In this document: in pieces, positions 63,351 to 64,000 of the stretch | Layout: each line of letters begins with the position of its first letter | Position numbering within the stretch: position 1 is the first letter of the stretch | IMG/VR virus record: IMGVR_UViG_3300021378_000017 | Length of the DNA stretch: 64,000 bases | From: an uncultured virus (IMG/VR IMGVR_UViG_3300021378_000017) | Taxonomy: Duplodnaviria; Heunggongvirae; Uroviricota; Caudoviricetes | Reading direction: 5' to 3' (one strand) | The notes under the pieces: model-generated | Database searches by the model: none | Told to the model about the DNA's origin: nothing | What the model saw: only the letters and a program-made list of their open reading frames with translations | Position numbers and translations under genes: made by a program

Positions 63351-64000
63351 TTACACCATAATTCCGTCTACTCTAAAGATTCTGAAATATGGGTTGACAC
63401 GGTTAGTACCCGCACCTGTAGCTGTTCCCACGAATGGGTTCTGCTGCATTCCATATCTAGTTTTGAATCCAATTCTTGGCTGGAAGTCATTCTCGCCAAT
63501 CGCTTTAACCATAGTTAAAGGAACGTATGGGCAATAGAAGATACCTGCGTCGTATGGATTTGAACCTCTGTAACCTACACAAGCAAAGTCGCCAGTAGCA
63601 TAAGGATCGATATATACTTTCAATCTACCGTTAAGAACACCAGCAAAAGTATTACCAGTATCGTCAACGTTTAAGTCAGTTGAAAGAGCAGGAGTGTAGT
63701 CTAAAAGACCAGCTGCTGCTAGTGCTGAAGCAACATCAGAAGAACAAAGTACAAAATTACCTTTTCCTCTTCTTGTTTCTTTAGCGATTACGTTAGCTTC
63801 TCTTTCGAGTTGCATGATGAGACCTTTGAATCTCTCAACCATCCATCTTCCGTCAGAATCAGTATTAACGTTAAATACACCTTTAAGTGCAACACTTGCT
63901 TGAAGTGCACCGATTTTAGCTTTAGTAAGAATAGTTCTAACCATCTCTCTGTTGATTTCCGCAAGGATTTCAGAAGAAAGAATATTAGCCAATTCGCCTT
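63351..64000 (-). CDS. 23: Major capsid protein gp23 (3' part; starts beyond window)
   Basis: ILAEINRE, TRRGKGN, YIDPY, DAGIFYCPYVPL, FQPRIGFKTRYG. Confidence 0.98.
   Translation of the reverse strand, partial: GELANILSSEILAEINREMVRTILTKAKIGALQASVALKGVFNVNTDSDGRWMVERFKGLIMQLEREANVIAKETRRGKGNFVLCSSDVASALAAAGLLDYTPALSTDLNVDDTGNTFAGVLNGRLKVYIDPYATGDFACVGYRGSNPYDAGIFYCPYVPLTMVKAIGENDFQPRIGFKTRYGMQQNPFVGTATGAGTNRVNPYFRIFRVDGIMV

Noticed and set aside
1..64000. Stop-codon reassignment
   Set aside because: Core genes are full length in the standard code, and the only tRNA seen is a normal Arg(TCT).

Overview
A 64-kb AT-rich segment of a lytic T4-like myovirus genome. Gene content (phoH, hsp20, cobS-like AAA, rpsU, csgF/csgG, iscA) resembles marine T4-like phages of heterotrophic proteobacteria; the host assignment is inference. 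Nearly all genes are on the minus strand. In transcription order: end of major capsid gp23, gp3, uvsY, uvsW, gp55, gp47/46, a VWA-peptidase + MoxR AAA pair, gp45/44/62, regA, hsp20, gp43, an AEP-type primase, a DNA-modification cluster (dCMP hydroxymethylase, dCMP deaminase, GT-A glycosyltransferase, atypical C5-methyltransferase-fold protein, sugar epimerase, sugar dehydrogenase), rpsU, uvsX, gp41, thyX, early ORFs, a late cluster of proteins with capsid-targeting-like N-termini, spanins + lipase, nrdAB/glutaredoxin, rnh, phoH, tRNA-Arg, a RimK fusion, tail-fibre-like genes, lysozyme, iscA and csgF/csgG. Fourteen TGTACA-N17-TATAAT early promoters and about ten TATAAATA late promoters are visible. 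Best candidates for new biology: (1) a clamp-tethered hmC hypermodification pathway that may use a uronic-acid sugar and a Dcm-fold enzyme with an altered SAM motif; (2) a putative virion-packaged enzyme set (ligase-like, kinase, nucleotidyltransferase, nuclease-like); (3) structured RNA leaders, including a ROSE-type thermometer. All calls come from motif recognition by eye; no searches were run.
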